Shown here piece by piece: positions 22,334 through 35,077 of a stretch of DNA of 64,000 nt (its first letter is position 1; each line of letters begins with the position of its first letter). The notes under the pieces were generated by a model. It searched no databases. It saw only the letters and a program-made list of their open reading frames with translations, and was not told where the DNA came from. A program made the position numbers and the translations under genes. This stretch comes from Candidatus Dormiibacterota bacterium (GTDB taxonomy: Bacteria; Chloroflexota; Dormibacteria; Aeolococcales; Aeolococcaceae): the NCBI GenBank assembly GCA_963717185.1, contig CAVQVY010000038.1:103798-167797 (forward strand), in the 5' to 3' direction.

Positions 22334-23440
22334 TTGCCCGCGTCGACTGGGTCCACCACCGGTGGCTCCGCACCCACCAACGGTGACATCTCCGAGCTGC
22401 TCGCTCGCGCCGCGGAGGAACAGGAGGGCGGCAGCCAGCGCCAGCGGGCGATGCGGCGTGCGTCGCGCGCCGCCCTCGGCTGGGACGCGCGGGTCGCGGA
22501 CCTCGTCGCTGCCGGTGACTCGCTCACCACGCTGCCGCGGGTCGGGCCCTGGCTGGCAGGCGTGATCGGCGACTGGGTGGCAGACGGGAGCGCGGCCCCG
22601 CCTGCCCCGCCCTTGCGGAGCGGGTTCCTGGCACGAGCCGACGCGCTGCGCGTGGTCGGCAGCAACCCCGGCTGGGAGTCCGCGGTGAGGTGCGACCTGC
22701 AGATGCACACGTTGCGCAGCGACGGCCATGCGTCGCTCGAGGCGATGGCCCGGCGCTGCATCGAGCTCGGGTACAGCCACATGGCGGTGACCGACCATTC
22801 CGAGGGCCTGCGCATCGCCCACGGCATGGACGCAAGCACCCGCGCCGCGCAGGCGGCGGAGGTCAACGAGCTCAACGCGGTGCTGTCCGCCGCCGGGCAG
22901 GACTTCCGGGTCCTTCACGGGCTCGAGATGAACATTGCGCCCGACGGCAGCGGTGACACCGACCCGGAGGTGCTCCGCGGCCTCGACCTCGTGCTCGGCG
23001 CATTTCACTCCAAGCTGCGCCTTCTCGACGACCAGACGGACCGCTACATCCGCGCCCTGCGCAACCCGACCGTCGACATCCTGGCCCACCCGCGCGGGCG
23101 GATCTACAACCATCGCGTCGGTTTGAGCGCGCGCTGGGACGAGGTGTTCGAAGCCGCCGCAGAGCTCGGTGTGGCGCTCGAGGTGGACGCCTACCCCGAC
23201 CGCCAGGACCTCGACGTCGAGCTGCTCCGGCGCGCCGCCCGGCACGAGGTGTGGATTGCCGTCGACACCGACGCCCACCACCCTGTCGACCTCGACGCCA
23301 TGCCGCTCGGCATCGCCGCCCTGGTCGAGGCCGGCGTGCCACGCCAGCGCGTGATCAACACCTTCGGCCGAGAGGAGCTGGCCGAGTGGATCGCCGCGAG
23401 GCGTGCACTCGCGGCGGCGCGGCCGGCCGTCCGCGCGTAA
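22334..23440 (+). CDS. PHP-domain metal-dependent phosphoesterase (PolX C-terminal-half-like); start codon uncertain
   Basis: The C-terminal 250 aa carry the PHP His/Asp motifs (CDLQMHTLRSDGHAS..., HMAVTDHSEG, LHGLEMNI, ILAHPRGR, WIAVDTDAHH). The preceding roughly 100 aa look HhH-like. The long ORF upstream of 22334 is the wrong frame over the kinase. Confidence 0.6.
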   Translation: MPASTGSTTGGSAPTNGDISELLARAAEEQEGGSQRQRAMRRASRAALGWDARVADLVAAGDSLTTLPRVGPWLAGVIGDWVADGSAAPPAPPLRSGFLARADALRVVGSNPGWESAVRCDLQMHTLRSDGHASLEAMARRCIELGYSHMAVTDHSEGLRIAHGMDASTRAAQAAEVNELNAVLSAAGQDFRVLHGLEMNIAPDGSGDTDPEVLRGLDLVLGAFHSKLRLLDDQTDRYIRALRNPTVDILAHPRGRIYNHRVGLSARWDEVFEAAAELGVALEVDAYPDRQDLDVELLRRAARHEVWIAVDTDAHHPVDLDAMPLGIAALVEAGVPRQRVINTFGREELAEWIAARRALAAARPAVRA

Positions 23441-23495
23441 AGGGTCAGCCGACCGGGGCCTCACGGATGTCGGGGACGCGGGTCGGACGCAGCTC

Positions 23496-24185
23496 TCAGC
23501 CGAGCGAGCGGGCAGCGGCGGTGTCGAGGAACCAGAGCAGCTCGCCGTCGATCGGCCGCACTCGCGCCGCGGGGACGGAGCCGGCCATGACACCGCGCAT
23601 CGCCTCAGCCTTGGCGGGGCCGGTGACAACGAACGCAACTCGCGCCGCGGCATTGATCGCGGGCAGCGTCAACGTCATTCGATCGACCGGAGGGTGGCTC
23701 GCCCGCCCCCGCGCCGCCCATGCATCGGTGACATCGAGAACCGCGGTGCCCGGGAAGAGTGAGGCGGTGTGCCCGTCGGCACCGAGCCCGAGGAGCACGA
23801 CGTCCAGGCGCGGTGGGTCGCCACATTCGACCTCGAGGAGCCGCGAGTAGTCGACAGCGGCCGCGTCGAGGTCGGCGCGCTCCGCCTCCATGCGGTGGAC
23901 CTGCCCGGCGGGAATCGGCACCTTGGAGAGCAGCGTGTCGACGACCAAGCGGTAGTTGCTCGCGACGTCGTCGGGTGGCACGGCGCGCTCATCGCTGAAG
24001 TACACGTGCCAGCGCTGCCAGTCGATGCCGCTCGCGAACGTCGAGGACGCCAGCGCCTCGTAGAGGAACTGCGGGGTGCTTCCACCCGAGGCGGCGATGC
24101 GGAACGCGTCGACGGCGCGGCACGCCTCCGAGATCCACTCCGCGGCCGCGGCGGCGAGCGCGATGGGGTCGGTGAGCACCCTGAC
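23496..24185 (-). CDS. pgl: 6-phosphogluconolactonase
   Basis: The last 229 aa of the 785-aa minus ORF, from GTG ([17 protein letters not shown]...GGSTPQ...[16 protein letters not shown]...). DevB/Pgl family. Confidence 0.75.
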   Translation of the reverse strand, partial: VRVLTDPIALAAAAAEWISEACRAVDAFRIAASGGSTPQFLYEALASSTFASGIDWQRWHVYFSDERAVPPDDVASNYRLVVDTLLSKVPIPAGQVHRMEAERADLDAAAVDYSRLLEVECGDPPRLDVVLLGLGADGHTASLFPGTAVLDVTDAWAARGRASHPPVDRMTLTLPAINAAARVAFVVTGPAKAEAMRGVMAGSVPAARVRPIDGELLWFLDTAAARSLG

Positions 24186-24189
24186 CTCG

Positions 24190-25280
24190 CCGGGCAGGCC
24201 CTCGCCGCTCACCGGACGCGGCCGCCAGCGACGCGGCGCTGCGCAGGGCGGCGCGGTACACGGGGTCCTCACCGCTGCCCTCGAGCAGGCGGCCGACCAG
24301 GTCGATGGAGTCGAGCTCCGCGACCGGCACGGCTCGCTCGGCGTTGAAGCCGCCGTCGACGTCGATGAGGCAGTGCAGCGCGGAGCCCGCGGCGCTCGAC
24401 CGTCACCAGCGCCTCGTGCCCGCCGGCTCGGCAGTGCAGCGCGATGCGGACCAGGTCGTGCTCGTCGACGCCGGCCTCCTCGCGCGCGCGCGGCGACCAC
24501 GCGCGGTCCGTCCGCGGCGCCCGGCCAGTCCAGCCTGCTGGCCAGCCAGCCGGCGATGAGCCAGGTCTGGGCGGAGATGCGGTCCCCGCTGCACTCGACG
24601 TCGACGCGCGTGATGCCGCGCACGAACGGACGCATCTCCTCGCCGTCGAAGGACTGCGCGAGGAGCTGGCGCCAGATCCGCGATGCGCTCCCAGGCGACG
24701 TCGCGACAGCGAGATGGCAGTCGCCGACGGCGTCGAGCTCGTCCGGCGAGCGGTGCGCAGGGTGCCGGCGTGGTCCTCGTACTCGCCGCTGTCGATGATC
24801 AGCCGCTCGCAGATGGCCACGGCGTCCTGGCCGAACGCCTGGCGGAGCGGCGGCGAGCCGACCAACCAGAGGTAGACGGGGATGTCCGGGACGAGCAGCG
24901 GCGTGACCACGCTGGCGAGGTGGTACGCGGCCTCGCCGCCGACCTGCAGGCGCACCTGCTCGGCGCACACCTGGCCCTCGTCGAGGCCGAGCACTGCAAC
25001 GAGACGTCGGCCTCCATCTGGTCGGCGGCCCTCTGGGTCGGCCAGGATGATGATCGCCCTCGCCGGGTGCTTGGCTGCCCAGCCGTCCCACCGCCTGGGT
25101 GGCCAGGTCCGCGCTCTCGACGTCGACACACGCGGCGACCAGGTTCAGCACCGAGAGCCGCACGGCGCCGCCCTCGATGCCGCCGTTGCGCAGCATCTCG
25201 CGGTGCATCTCGGCGAGGACGCGGTTGACGGCATGCAACCCGCTGGCGTGCGAGACCTGCAGCGGCGCGCCGACCGCGGT
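24190..25280 (-). pseudogene. opcA: glucose-6-phosphate dehydrogenase assembly protein OpcA, frame interrupted at least 3 times; boundaries approximate
   Basis: OpcA segments sit in ORF 24269-25129 ([53 protein letters not shown]) and in the 23496-25853 frame ([16 protein letters not shown]). Confidence 0.65.
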
Positions 25281-25284
25281 CACG

Positions 25285-26885
<1,601 letters not shown>

Positions 26886-26889
<4 letters not shown>

Positions 26890-27825
26890 GACTGCGACGT
26901 TGCCGGGGCGGCTTTGTCCTCGCTCTTCACCGCGTGGCCGCCGAACTCGTTGCGCAGCGCGGCGATCACCTTGTTGCCGAAACCGTCGGGCTGGCGCGAC
27001 TGGTACCGCGCCATCAGCGACAGCACCAGCACCGGCGCCGGCACCGACAGGTTCATGGCCTCATCGATGGTCCAGCGCCCCTCGCCGGAGTCGTCCACCC
27101 AGCCCGCGCAGCTGGGTGAGCTGCGGGTCTCTCTCGAATGCGCGCTCGGCGAGCTCGAGCAGCCACGACCGCACCACGCTGCCCTGGTTCCAGAGATGGG
27201 CGATGCCGTGCAGGTCGAGGTCGGGAAAGTCGTGACTGGCATGGAGGATGTCGAAGCCCTCCGCATACGCCTGGAGCATCCCGTACTCGATCCCGTTGTG
27301 CACCATCTTCACGTAGTGCCCGCTCCCGGCCGGACCCACGTGCAGGAACCCGTCCTTGGGGGCCAGCGTCTCGAAGATGGGTCGCAGGCGCTCCACGGCG
27401 TCGGTCTCGCCGCCGACCATCAGGCAGTACCCGACGGTCAGCCCCCAGATCCCGCCGCTGGTGCCCGCGTCGATGAAGGTGACGCCGGCCTCAGCACAGC
27501 GCCTGGCTCGCTCGACGCTGTCGTGCCAGTTGCTGTTGCCACCGTCGACGATGGTGTCACCGCGCTCGAGCGTGGCCAGCAGCCCGTCGAGGGTCTGCTC
27601 GGTGATCTTCCCCGACGGCACCATCATCCACACAGCGCGAGGGGCCGACAGCTGCGGTGCCAGCTCTGCGAGTGACCCGACAGTGGTCGCGCCGTGCTCC
27701 TCGACAGAGGCGCGCGCCTTCTCGTCGGGGTCGAAGGCAACAACGGCATGGTCACCGTCGCGGCGCAGCCGGTGGACCATGTTCGCGCCCATCCGGCCCA
27801 GGCCGACGAAACCCAGCTGCATCAC
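26886..27825 (-). CDS. gnd: 6-phosphogluconate dehydrogenase, decarboxylating (short-chain type; one frame change near 27100)
   Basis: [19 protein letters not shown]...GNSNWHDS...[28 protein letters not shown] is in ORF 27061-27825. The C-terminus is in ORF 26886-27266. The stop overlaps the zwf GTG (GTGA). Confidence 0.75.
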
Positions 27826-30663
27826 CGCGCCCCGGTGGCGGCGTGGATGACCGAGTCGGTCAGCCGGCTCAACCCGAGAGCGAGGTCACCGCGGATGTGC
27901 AGGCGGATGACGCGCCGTTGGTGGTCACGCAGCGACTGGAGGTCGCCCTGCGCCTGCGCCTGCTTGAGGATCGAGAAGGTGAACGGCTGGCCCGGGATGG
28001 GGACGTCGACCGCGTCGTCAGTGGTGACCTGGATGTAGAGACCGCTGTCGGGACCGCCCTTGTGCAGCTGTCCTGTGCTGTGCAGGAAACGAGGTCCAAA
28101 CCCCAGCGTGGTGGCGACGCGGTGCTCGTCACGGATGGCCACTCGCAGGCGCTGGAGCGCAGCCTCGTTCTCGGTGTTCGGCGTGACGTACGCCATCAGC
28201 GCGACGTAGTCCCCGGGCCGCACCGCCGAGAGGAACTCCGTCAGCGCGCTGTCGATGCTCTGGCGCCCGGGAGCACCGAACACGGAGATGCCGTCGTCGC
28301 TCGCCGTTGCCAACTCGTCGGCGAGGCTGCCGTTCTTCACGTACTGGTCGAGGACGCGCCTGGTGTTGTCCTTGGACTCCTTGACGTTGGGCTCGTCGAA
28401 GGGGTCGATTCCCAGCGCAGCCCCCGCGACCGCGGTGGCGAACTCCCAGGCGAAGAACTCCGCGGCGAGGTCGAGCAGATCGTCGAGCTGCATGGTGACG
28501 TCGGGGATCCCGGCGCTGCGCAGCGCGCCCACCTCGGCGTCGAAGTCGGGGTCCTCGTCGCGTAGGCGCAGCACCGTCAGGATGCGATCCTCGCCGTACA
28601 CACCCGGCTCGCCGATGGGCTCGTCACCGATCGGTATCAGCCCCTTGCCCTCCTTGCCGGTGCTCTCGGCGATCAGCTGCTCCGCCCACAGCGAGAAGGC
28701 GGCGAGGCGCGTCGGCGTCAGGATGGTCACCTTGTCCCGGCCACTCCGCTTGAGCAGCCCGAGGACCGTCCCGAGAGCGAGTCCCGGGTTGAGATCGGCG
28801 AGGTTGCCGGGGCGCGACTGCATGCGCATCCGGTCAGCGCGGTCGAGGAAGGCTTCGATGTCGATGCCGATGATCGACGCGGGCACCAGCCCGAAGAAGC
28901 TGAGCGCCGAGTAGCGCCCGCCGATGTCGCCCGGGTTCTCGAAGATGTGCCGGAACCTGCGCTCGCGGGCGGTCTCACCAAGGGGTGACCCCGGGTCGGT
29001 GATGCAGATGAAATGCTGGCCGGCGTCGAGGATCCCCGCCGAGGTCAGCCATTCCCAGAAGTGGGCGAGGTGGCTCAGCGTCTCGAGCGTGGTGCCTGAC
29101 TTCGACGCCACGATGAACAGCGTGGTGCGCGGCTCGAGGCGCTCGGTGAGCTCGGCGATCGCCGCCGGGTCGGTGGTGTCGAGCACGTGCAGCTCGGGCT
29201 GGCCGGCAGCGCTGCCGAAGGATGTGCGCAGCACCTCCGGGCACAGGCTGCTGCCGCCCATGCCGAGGAGCACGCAGTTGCGGAAGCCGGCCTGCTGCAC
29301 CTCGGTGGCCAGCGTGATCAGCCGCGGAAGCGCGTCGCGCATCGTGTCGATGACGTCGAGCCAGCCGAGGCGGTTGCCGATGACCTTGGCGTGGCCCGCG
29401 TCCCCGGGCTTCCAGAGGTCGGCGTCACGGTCCCAGATCCTGCGCGCCACCTCGCGGGGTGCGTCTGTCGCCAGCGCTGCGCGGACCGCGTCCGTGCTGG
29501 CCGCGAGGTCGAGGTGCTGGCGGCTCCCGTAGCCGCCGCGCATGGCGTCGACCTTCTCCGCGATGCCACGGATCAGGTCGTCGTACGAGTCGGAGAACGA
29601 CTTGACGCCCGCGGTGAGGAGGTCGGCGGTGACCCGCTCCATGTCGATGCCGACCTCGGCCAGCTGTTCCATCACCCGCCTGGCGCCGTCGTAGTCGCGG
29701 TTGACGGTGCTGCCGTCGACGATTCCGTGGTCGCGGAAGGCGGTGATCGTCGACGGCGGCATGGTGTCCACGGTGTCGCGGCCCACCAGCGCCTCGGCGT
29801 ACACGACATCGCGGTACTTGGGGTTCTTGGCGCTGGTGCTGGCCCACAACGGTCGCTGCACGTGGGCGCCTGCCTCCGCGAGCGTGGCGAACTCCGGGCC
29901 GCGGAAATAGCTCTCGAACTTCTCGTAGGCCAGCACTGCGTTGGCGATGGCGGCCTTGCCGAACAGGTCCTCCAGCGTGGCGTTGCCGGGGTCGGCAGCG
30001 AGCTTCTCCTCGATGAGCTTGTCTACCGCGGTGTCGACCCGGCTCACGAAGAAGGAGGCCACGGAATGAACGTCGAGGGGTCGCCCGCTCTGCCTGGCGA
30101 GCCCGGAGCGCACCGAGGTAGGCATGGATGACGTTGTCGTATGACTCCAGCGCGAAGATCAGCGTGACGTTGATGTTCACGCCCGCGGTGAGGGCGCGTT
30201 GGATGGCCGGCACACCCTCGGAGGTTGCGGGGATCTTGACCATCAGGTTGGGACGGTCGACACGCTTCTGGAAGTCGAGCGCATAGGTGATGCTGCGCTC
30301 GGTGCTGTGCGCCGATTCGGGCGGCACCTCCAGGCTGACGAAGCCGTCCGCGCCCCCGGTGCGATCGTGGATGGGTCGCAGGATGTCGGCGGCCCGCTGG
30401 ATGTCGGTGACGGCCAGGCCCATGAAGATGTCCTCGGGGTCGTCGACGCCCGCGGCGAGCAGCTCGCGGATCTGGTCGTCGTACTGGCTGCCCTCCGCGA
30501 TCGCCTTCTGGAAGATGGTGGGATTGCTGGTCATCCCGGTGACGTTGTCCTCGGCGATCAGGCGCTCGAGCTCGCCGCTGGTCAGCAGGTCGCGGCTGAT
30601 GTAGTCGAGCCAGACCGACTGGCCCTGGTCGCCGAGCTGCTGCATCGGGTTCGCCGCGGCCAT
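27822..30663 (-). CDS. tal: bifunctional transaldolase / glucose-6-phosphate isomerase fusion protein (one frame change near 30110)
   Basis: Transaldolase N-terminus MAAANPMQQLGDQGQSVWLDYISRD...MVKIPATSEGVPAIQ is in ORF 29425-30663. The 767-aa ORF 27822-30125 carries the end of Tal followed by a full PGI domain (GMGGSSLCPEV; IVASKSGTTLETLS; SALSFFGLVPA). ATGA overlap with gnd. Confidence 0.8.
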
Positions 30664-32549
30664 TCAGTGCACCTCACGGGCAAGGGCGCGCGCCGCCGCA
30701 ACGATGGCGTCGGCGTCGATCCCGGCGGCGGCCATCAGCTCGGCGGGGGTGCCCGACCCGGGCAGTTTGCGACGGCGAGGTGGACAACGCGGCGGGGGTG
30801 CCATCGCCGCGCAAGGGCTTCGAGAACCGCGCTGGCGATGCCGCCCTCCGGGTAGTGGTCCTCGACGATGACGAGGCGGCCCCCGGTGAGCGCCGACGCC
30901 TCTCGAAGGGTGCGCGTATCGACAGGCTTCACGGAATACAGGTCGATGACCCGGCACTGGACACCCTCGGCGGCGAGGCGGTCGGCCGCGTCGAGGCAGT
31001 GGTGCAGGGTGACCCCCGCTCCGATCAGCGTCACTGTGTCGTCGTCGCTGCTGCGCAGCACCTTGCAGCGGCCGATCTCGAACTCCTCGTCGTTGTCGTA
31101 CAGCGTCGGGTACGCGCCGCGGGTGGTGCGCATGTACACGATCCCGTCGGTGCTGGCCATGTGCAGCACCAGCTTGGCGGTCGAGACCGGGTCGCTGGGG
31201 TACAGCACGATCGAGGTGTGCACCGCGCGCATCGAGGCGATGTCCTCGAGTGCCATCTGCGACGGACCATCAGCGCCGATCTCGCTGCCGGCATGCGACC
31301 CCGCCAGGCGGATGTTGGCCCCGGAGACGCCGGCCATGCGCACGAAGTCGTAGGCGCGGCTGAAGAACGCCGCGAAGGTCGAGGCGAACGGCACCAGGTG
31401 GCGCACGCTCATGCCGACTGCCGCAGCGACCAGCTGCTGCTCGGCGATGAACATCTCGAAGAACCTTTCCGGGTACGCCTTCTGGAACTCGTCGGAATGA
31501 GTCGAGTTGCTCACCTCGCCATCGAGAGCGACCACGTCCGCGCGCCCGCCGAGCGCGGCGAGCGCATCGCCATACGCCTTGCGGGTGGCCACCTTCTCGT
31601 CCTTCGTGTACGTGGGCAGGTTGATGGTCGCGCCGCCGCCGCGGCGCACCGCGGACTGGCCGGGCTCCGGCAAGGGCGTCTGGACGTGCAGGTCGCGCAC
31701 GCCCCCGAGCTCGGCGATCGCGCGCTCGGCCATGTCCGGCGGCAGAGCCTTGCCATGCCACCCGTCCTTGTTCTCGATCTCGCTGAACCCCTTGCCCTTG
31801 ATGGTGCGTGCCAGCACCACGGTCGGTCGCTCTCGCTCCGCCCGGGCGCTCGCCAGCGCCTCGTCGATCTCTTCGACGTCATGGCCGTCGATGACCAGGG
31901 CGCGGCAGCCGAATGCCTCGACGCGTCGCTGGTACGTGGCCATGTCCCACTCGAACTCGGTGGGACCGCGCTGGCCGAGGCGGTTGACGTCGACGATGGC
32001 GGTGAAGTTGCTGAGCCCGTAGTGACCTGCCTTGTCGAGCCCCTCCCAGATCGAGCCCTCGGCAATCTCGGAGTCCCCGCAGACAGTCCACACGTGGAAT
32101 GGCAGCTTGTCGACGGCACGCCCTGCCAGCGCGACGCCCACCGCGATCGGCAGGCCCTGACCGAGCGAGCCGGTGGCCACGTCGACCCACGGGAGGATGG
32201 GGGTCGGGTGACCCTGCAGGCGTGACCCGTGGGTGCGATAGGTCATCAGCTCGGCGTCGTCGATTGCGCCGCATGCCTTGAACACTGCATAGATGAGCGG
32301 TGAGGCGTGACCCTTCGAGAAGATGAGGTGGTCGTTGTTGTCGAGGGCGGGGTTCTTCCAGTCGTAGTGGAGATGGCGCGCGACGAGGACAGCAAGCAGG
32401 TCGCTGGCTGACATGCTCGAGGTCGGGTGCCCCGAACCTGCCTTGGTGCTGGCACGGATGCCGTCCACCCGCAGTTGCTGACCGAGATCGCGCAGGAACG
32501 CGACATCCTCGGCAGTCAGAGCTTTCTCGAGACTGCCTGTCATCGCCAT
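30664..32549 (-). CDS. tkt: transketolase (one frame change near the 3' end, around 30780)
   Basis: TPP-binding region GSGHPTSSMSASDLLAVL...GDSEIAEGSIWEG is in ORF 30735-32702 from MAMTGSLEK. The canonical C-terminus (LPGSGTPAELMAAAGIDADAIVAAARALAREVH) is in ORF 30664-30957. It abuts the tal-pgi start with no gap. Confidence 0.8.
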
Positions 32550-32695
32550 GGTCACGACCTCCCGGGGACTGCTTCCTGGTTGCTTGTCACCCATCATGCC
32601 GCGCTGGCCCGCGGCAGCGCAGCGAGCGGTGCGATGCCCGGCTGGCGTTCGGCCACGGTGTAAACTCGGGGCCCGCTCGAAACGTCGGGATCGCG

Positions 32696-32772
32696 CGCCC
32701 ATAGCTCAGCCCGGATAGAGCGTCTGACTACGGATCAGAAGGCCAGGGGTTCAAATCCTCTTGGGCGCGCCA
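32696..32772 (+). tRNA. tRNA-Arg (anticodon ACG)
   Basis: Cloverleaf by hand: acceptor GCGCCCA/TGGGCGC, D-arm GCTC-AGCCCGGATA-GAGC, anticodon stem TCTGA/TCAGA with loop CTACGGA, T-arm AGGGG-TTCAAAT-CCTCT, discriminator G, encoded CCA. Confidence 0.8.
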
Positions 32773-32805
32773 CCTCTCCTCCGGTCACGCCGGCACGCCA
32801 GTGGG

Positions 32806-33549
32806 TCAGCGCAGGAATTCGAACGGGTCGTCGGCTGCGGCGCGCGACCTGCGCCGGCGCAGGACCACCGCGCCGGCGACAGCGGCGGCGACCAGGACAA
32901 GAGCTGCGATGCCGACAAGCAGCCCGGCAGACGGGCCGGAGCCGCCGGTGGCGGCCGTCGCCGGTGGTCCGCTGTTGGAGGCGGAGCTGCTCGCCGTCGG
33001 CACCGGGCTGAAGGTCAGAGCGGTTGGGGTGTCGGTGGGCACCGGCGTGTCGGTGGGGGTCGGCACCGGCGTCGCGGTGTGCGGCAGCACCACCGTGAAC
33101 TGCTGACCCTGGAACACCTTGCCGGTGTTGCTGTTGGGGACGACCTCGTCGCCTCTGGCGGGATCCTCCAGGTACGCCTGCGGGAAGTGGTCGCCGGCCG
33201 TGGCGTTCGCCGGCACCGTGCCGGTGACCGTGCCCTGGCACTCGGAGCCGGACTTGTTGGCGACCACTGCGGCGAAGCCGATCGGCGTGGTTGCGCCGTC
33301 ATCCCACGCCAGGACGATCTTCAGCCCGCTCGGGTCGCTCTCCTTGGAGTTGGAGGCGCAGTCCGAGTAATCCCACGTGTAGTTGTAAGTCGCTGCGGCT
33401 CCCGGGCCGCCCGACGCCGGTTTGCCGGGGGTGAGGATCAAGGTGGGTGAGGCCGCGTGGGCGACGGTGCCCGGGACGGCGACGGCAACCGCGAGCACCA
33501 GCGCGATCGCCGCAATGGCCCTGGTCAGGGTGCGCGGTAGCTCGGACAC
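32806..33549 (-). CDS. secreted, C-terminally membrane-anchored surface protein with Pro/Thr-rich linker; hypothetical
   Basis: 247 aa. Signal peptide (AIAAIALVLAVAVAVPGTVAHAAS), globular region, PT-rich PVPTPTDTPVPTDTPTALTFSPVPT, C-terminal TM LLVGIAALVLVAAAVAGAVVL plus RRRRSR. Confidence 0.55.
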   Translation of the reverse strand: MSELPRTLTRAIAAIALVLAVAVAVPGTVAHAASPTLILTPGKPASGGPGAAATYNYTWDYSDCASNSKESDPSGLKIVLAWDDGATTPIGFAAVVANKSGSECQGTVTGTVPANATAGDHFPQAYLEDPARGDEVVPNSNTGKVFQGQQFTVVLPHTATPVPTPTDTPVPTDTPTALTFSPVPTASSSASNSGPPATAATGGSGPSAGLLVGIAALVLVAAAVAGAVVLRRRRSRAAADDPFEFLR

Positions 33550-33602
33550 GGCACGCAGAGTACCCCGGACGGGTCGTTCCCATCGCCTAAACTCCGGGCT
33601 CC

Positions 33603-34022
33603 ATGAAGGGCATCGGACGGATCTCCGCCGCCATCGGCGCCGCCGTGGCCGGCATCGGCGCCGCCGTGTTCCTGCACCCGCGCTCGGGGGCGCGCAACCG
33701 CAAGGTCGCGGCCGGCGTGGCCAGGCGGCAGTCGGCCAACGTGGCCACGATGGTCGGCGCCTCGGTCGCCTCTGCCCCGGGGCGGGGCGGTCGCAGGGAG
33801 CTGCAGCTCGCGGACAGCGTTCGGGCCGCGCTCAGCTCCGGCCATGCCGGGTCCGCCGAGGCGCTCCAGGTCAGCGCCCACAAGTCCACGGTGACGCTGC
33901 GCGGCGAGGTCGCGCACCTCGACGACATCGACGCCTTCGAGGCGACTGCGCGGTCGGTCGCCGGTGTCAGCGACGTCAACAACCTGCTCCGCCTCGCCGC
34001 CCCCGCCTCGGCCGGGCGGTGA
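33603..34022 (+). CDS. BON-domain membrane protein
   Basis: 139 aa. N-terminal TM (ISAAIGAAVAGIGAAVFL) and a C-terminal BON-like segment VTLRGEVAHLDDIDAFEATARSVAGVSDVNNLL. Confidence 0.6.
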   Translation: MKGIGRISAAIGAAVAGIGAAVFLHPRSGARNRKVAAGVARRQSANVATMVGASVASAPGRGGRRELQLADSVRAALSSGHAGSAEALQVSAHKSTVTLRGEVAHLDDIDAFEATARSVAGVSDVNNLLRLAAPASAGR

Positions 34023-35056
34023 CGCTCCCGGTCTCACCACCGCTCGAGCCGATGCTCGCCCGTGCGGCTGAGCAGATCCCGTCGGGTCCCGGGTGGCGCT
34101 ACGAACCGAAGTGGGACGGCTTCCGGGCCATCGTCTTCCGGGACGGTGACGACGTTCACATCGGCAGCCGCAAGGGCCAGCCGCTGCAGCGCTTCTTCCC
34201 GGAGATCCTCGACCCACTGCGAGCCGCCATGCCCGACCCGGCGGTCGTGGACGGCGAGATCATCATCGCCACGCCGCGCGGGCTCGACTTCGACGCGTTG
34301 CAGATGCGCCTGCACCCAGCCGCCTCGAGGGTGGCCCGCCTGGCCGGTGAGACCCCGGCCACCGTGATCCTCTTCGACCTCCTCGGCGAGGGCGGTGATG
34401 ACGTGCGCGGACGTCCCCTGGTCACCAGGCGAGAGCTGCTCCTGGGCGCGATCACCGGCAACGCGCGCGTGGCGCTGACGCCTCAGACCGCGGACCTCGA
34501 GGAGGCCACCGACTGGTTCACCCGCTACGAGGGGGCCGGGCTCGACGGGCTCATCGCCAAACCCGAGGACAGCACGTACCGAAGCGGCGAGCGCGGCTGG
34601 ACCAAGATCAAGCACCTGCGCACCGTCGACTGCGTCGTCGGCGGCTACCGCATGGAGGTGACCGGGGGAGGCGTCGGCTCGCTCCTGCTCGGCCTCTACG
34701 ACGCCGAGGGCACCCTCCACCACGTCGGCCACACGTCGTCGTTCTCGGCGAAGGAGAAGCGTGAGCTGGTCGCCAAGCTGGAGCCACTGGTCGGCGGTGA
34801 CAGCTTCGGGCACGGCCGCACCCCCGGTGCCCCCAGCCGCTGGACCAAGGCAAAGGATGCCGACTGGACGCCGCTGCGGCCGACGCTGGTGTGCGAGGTG
34901 TCGTTCGACCACCTCCAGGGCCGACGCTTCCGCCACGCCGCGCGCTTCCTGCGCTGGCGCGAGGACCGCGACCCGGCGGGCTGCACCTACGACCAGCTCA
35001 CCGCCGCGGACGCCTTCAGCCTCAACGACATCGTCGAGCTGCCCGACGCCGGGTAG
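34019..35056 (+). CDS. ATP-dependent DNA ligase, minimal LigC-type (adenylation + OB domains only)
   Basis: GTG at 34019 overlaps the BON stop (GTGA). Motif I EPKWDGFR (the KxDG adenylation lysine), FDLL, LDGLIAKP and KIKHLRTVDCVVGGY are present. Confidence 0.8.
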   Translation: MTLPVSPPLEPMLARAAEQIPSGPGWRYEPKWDGFRAIVFRDGDDVHIGSRKGQPLQRFFPEILDPLRAAMPDPAVVDGEIIIATPRGLDFDALQMRLHPAASRVARLAGETPATVILFDLLGEGGDDVRGRPLVTRRELLLGAITGNARVALTPQTADLEEATDWFTRYEGAGLDGLIAKPEDSTYRSGERGWTKIKHLRTVDCVVGGYRMEVTGGGVGSLLLGLYDAEGTLHHVGHTSSFSAKEKRELVAKLEPLVGGDSFGHGRTPGAPSRWTKAKDADWTPLRPTLVCEVSFDHLQGRRFRHAARFLRWREDRDPAGCTYDQLTAADAFSLNDIVELPDAG

Positions 35057-35077
35057 GTACACCGCGTCTAGCATCGC

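Noticed and set aside
33422-34019. N-terminal 200 codons of the 544-aa plus ORF preceding the ligase
   Set aside because: This part is R/G-rich junk overlapping the well-supported BON gene in another frame. The ligase starts at the in-frame GTG at 34019.
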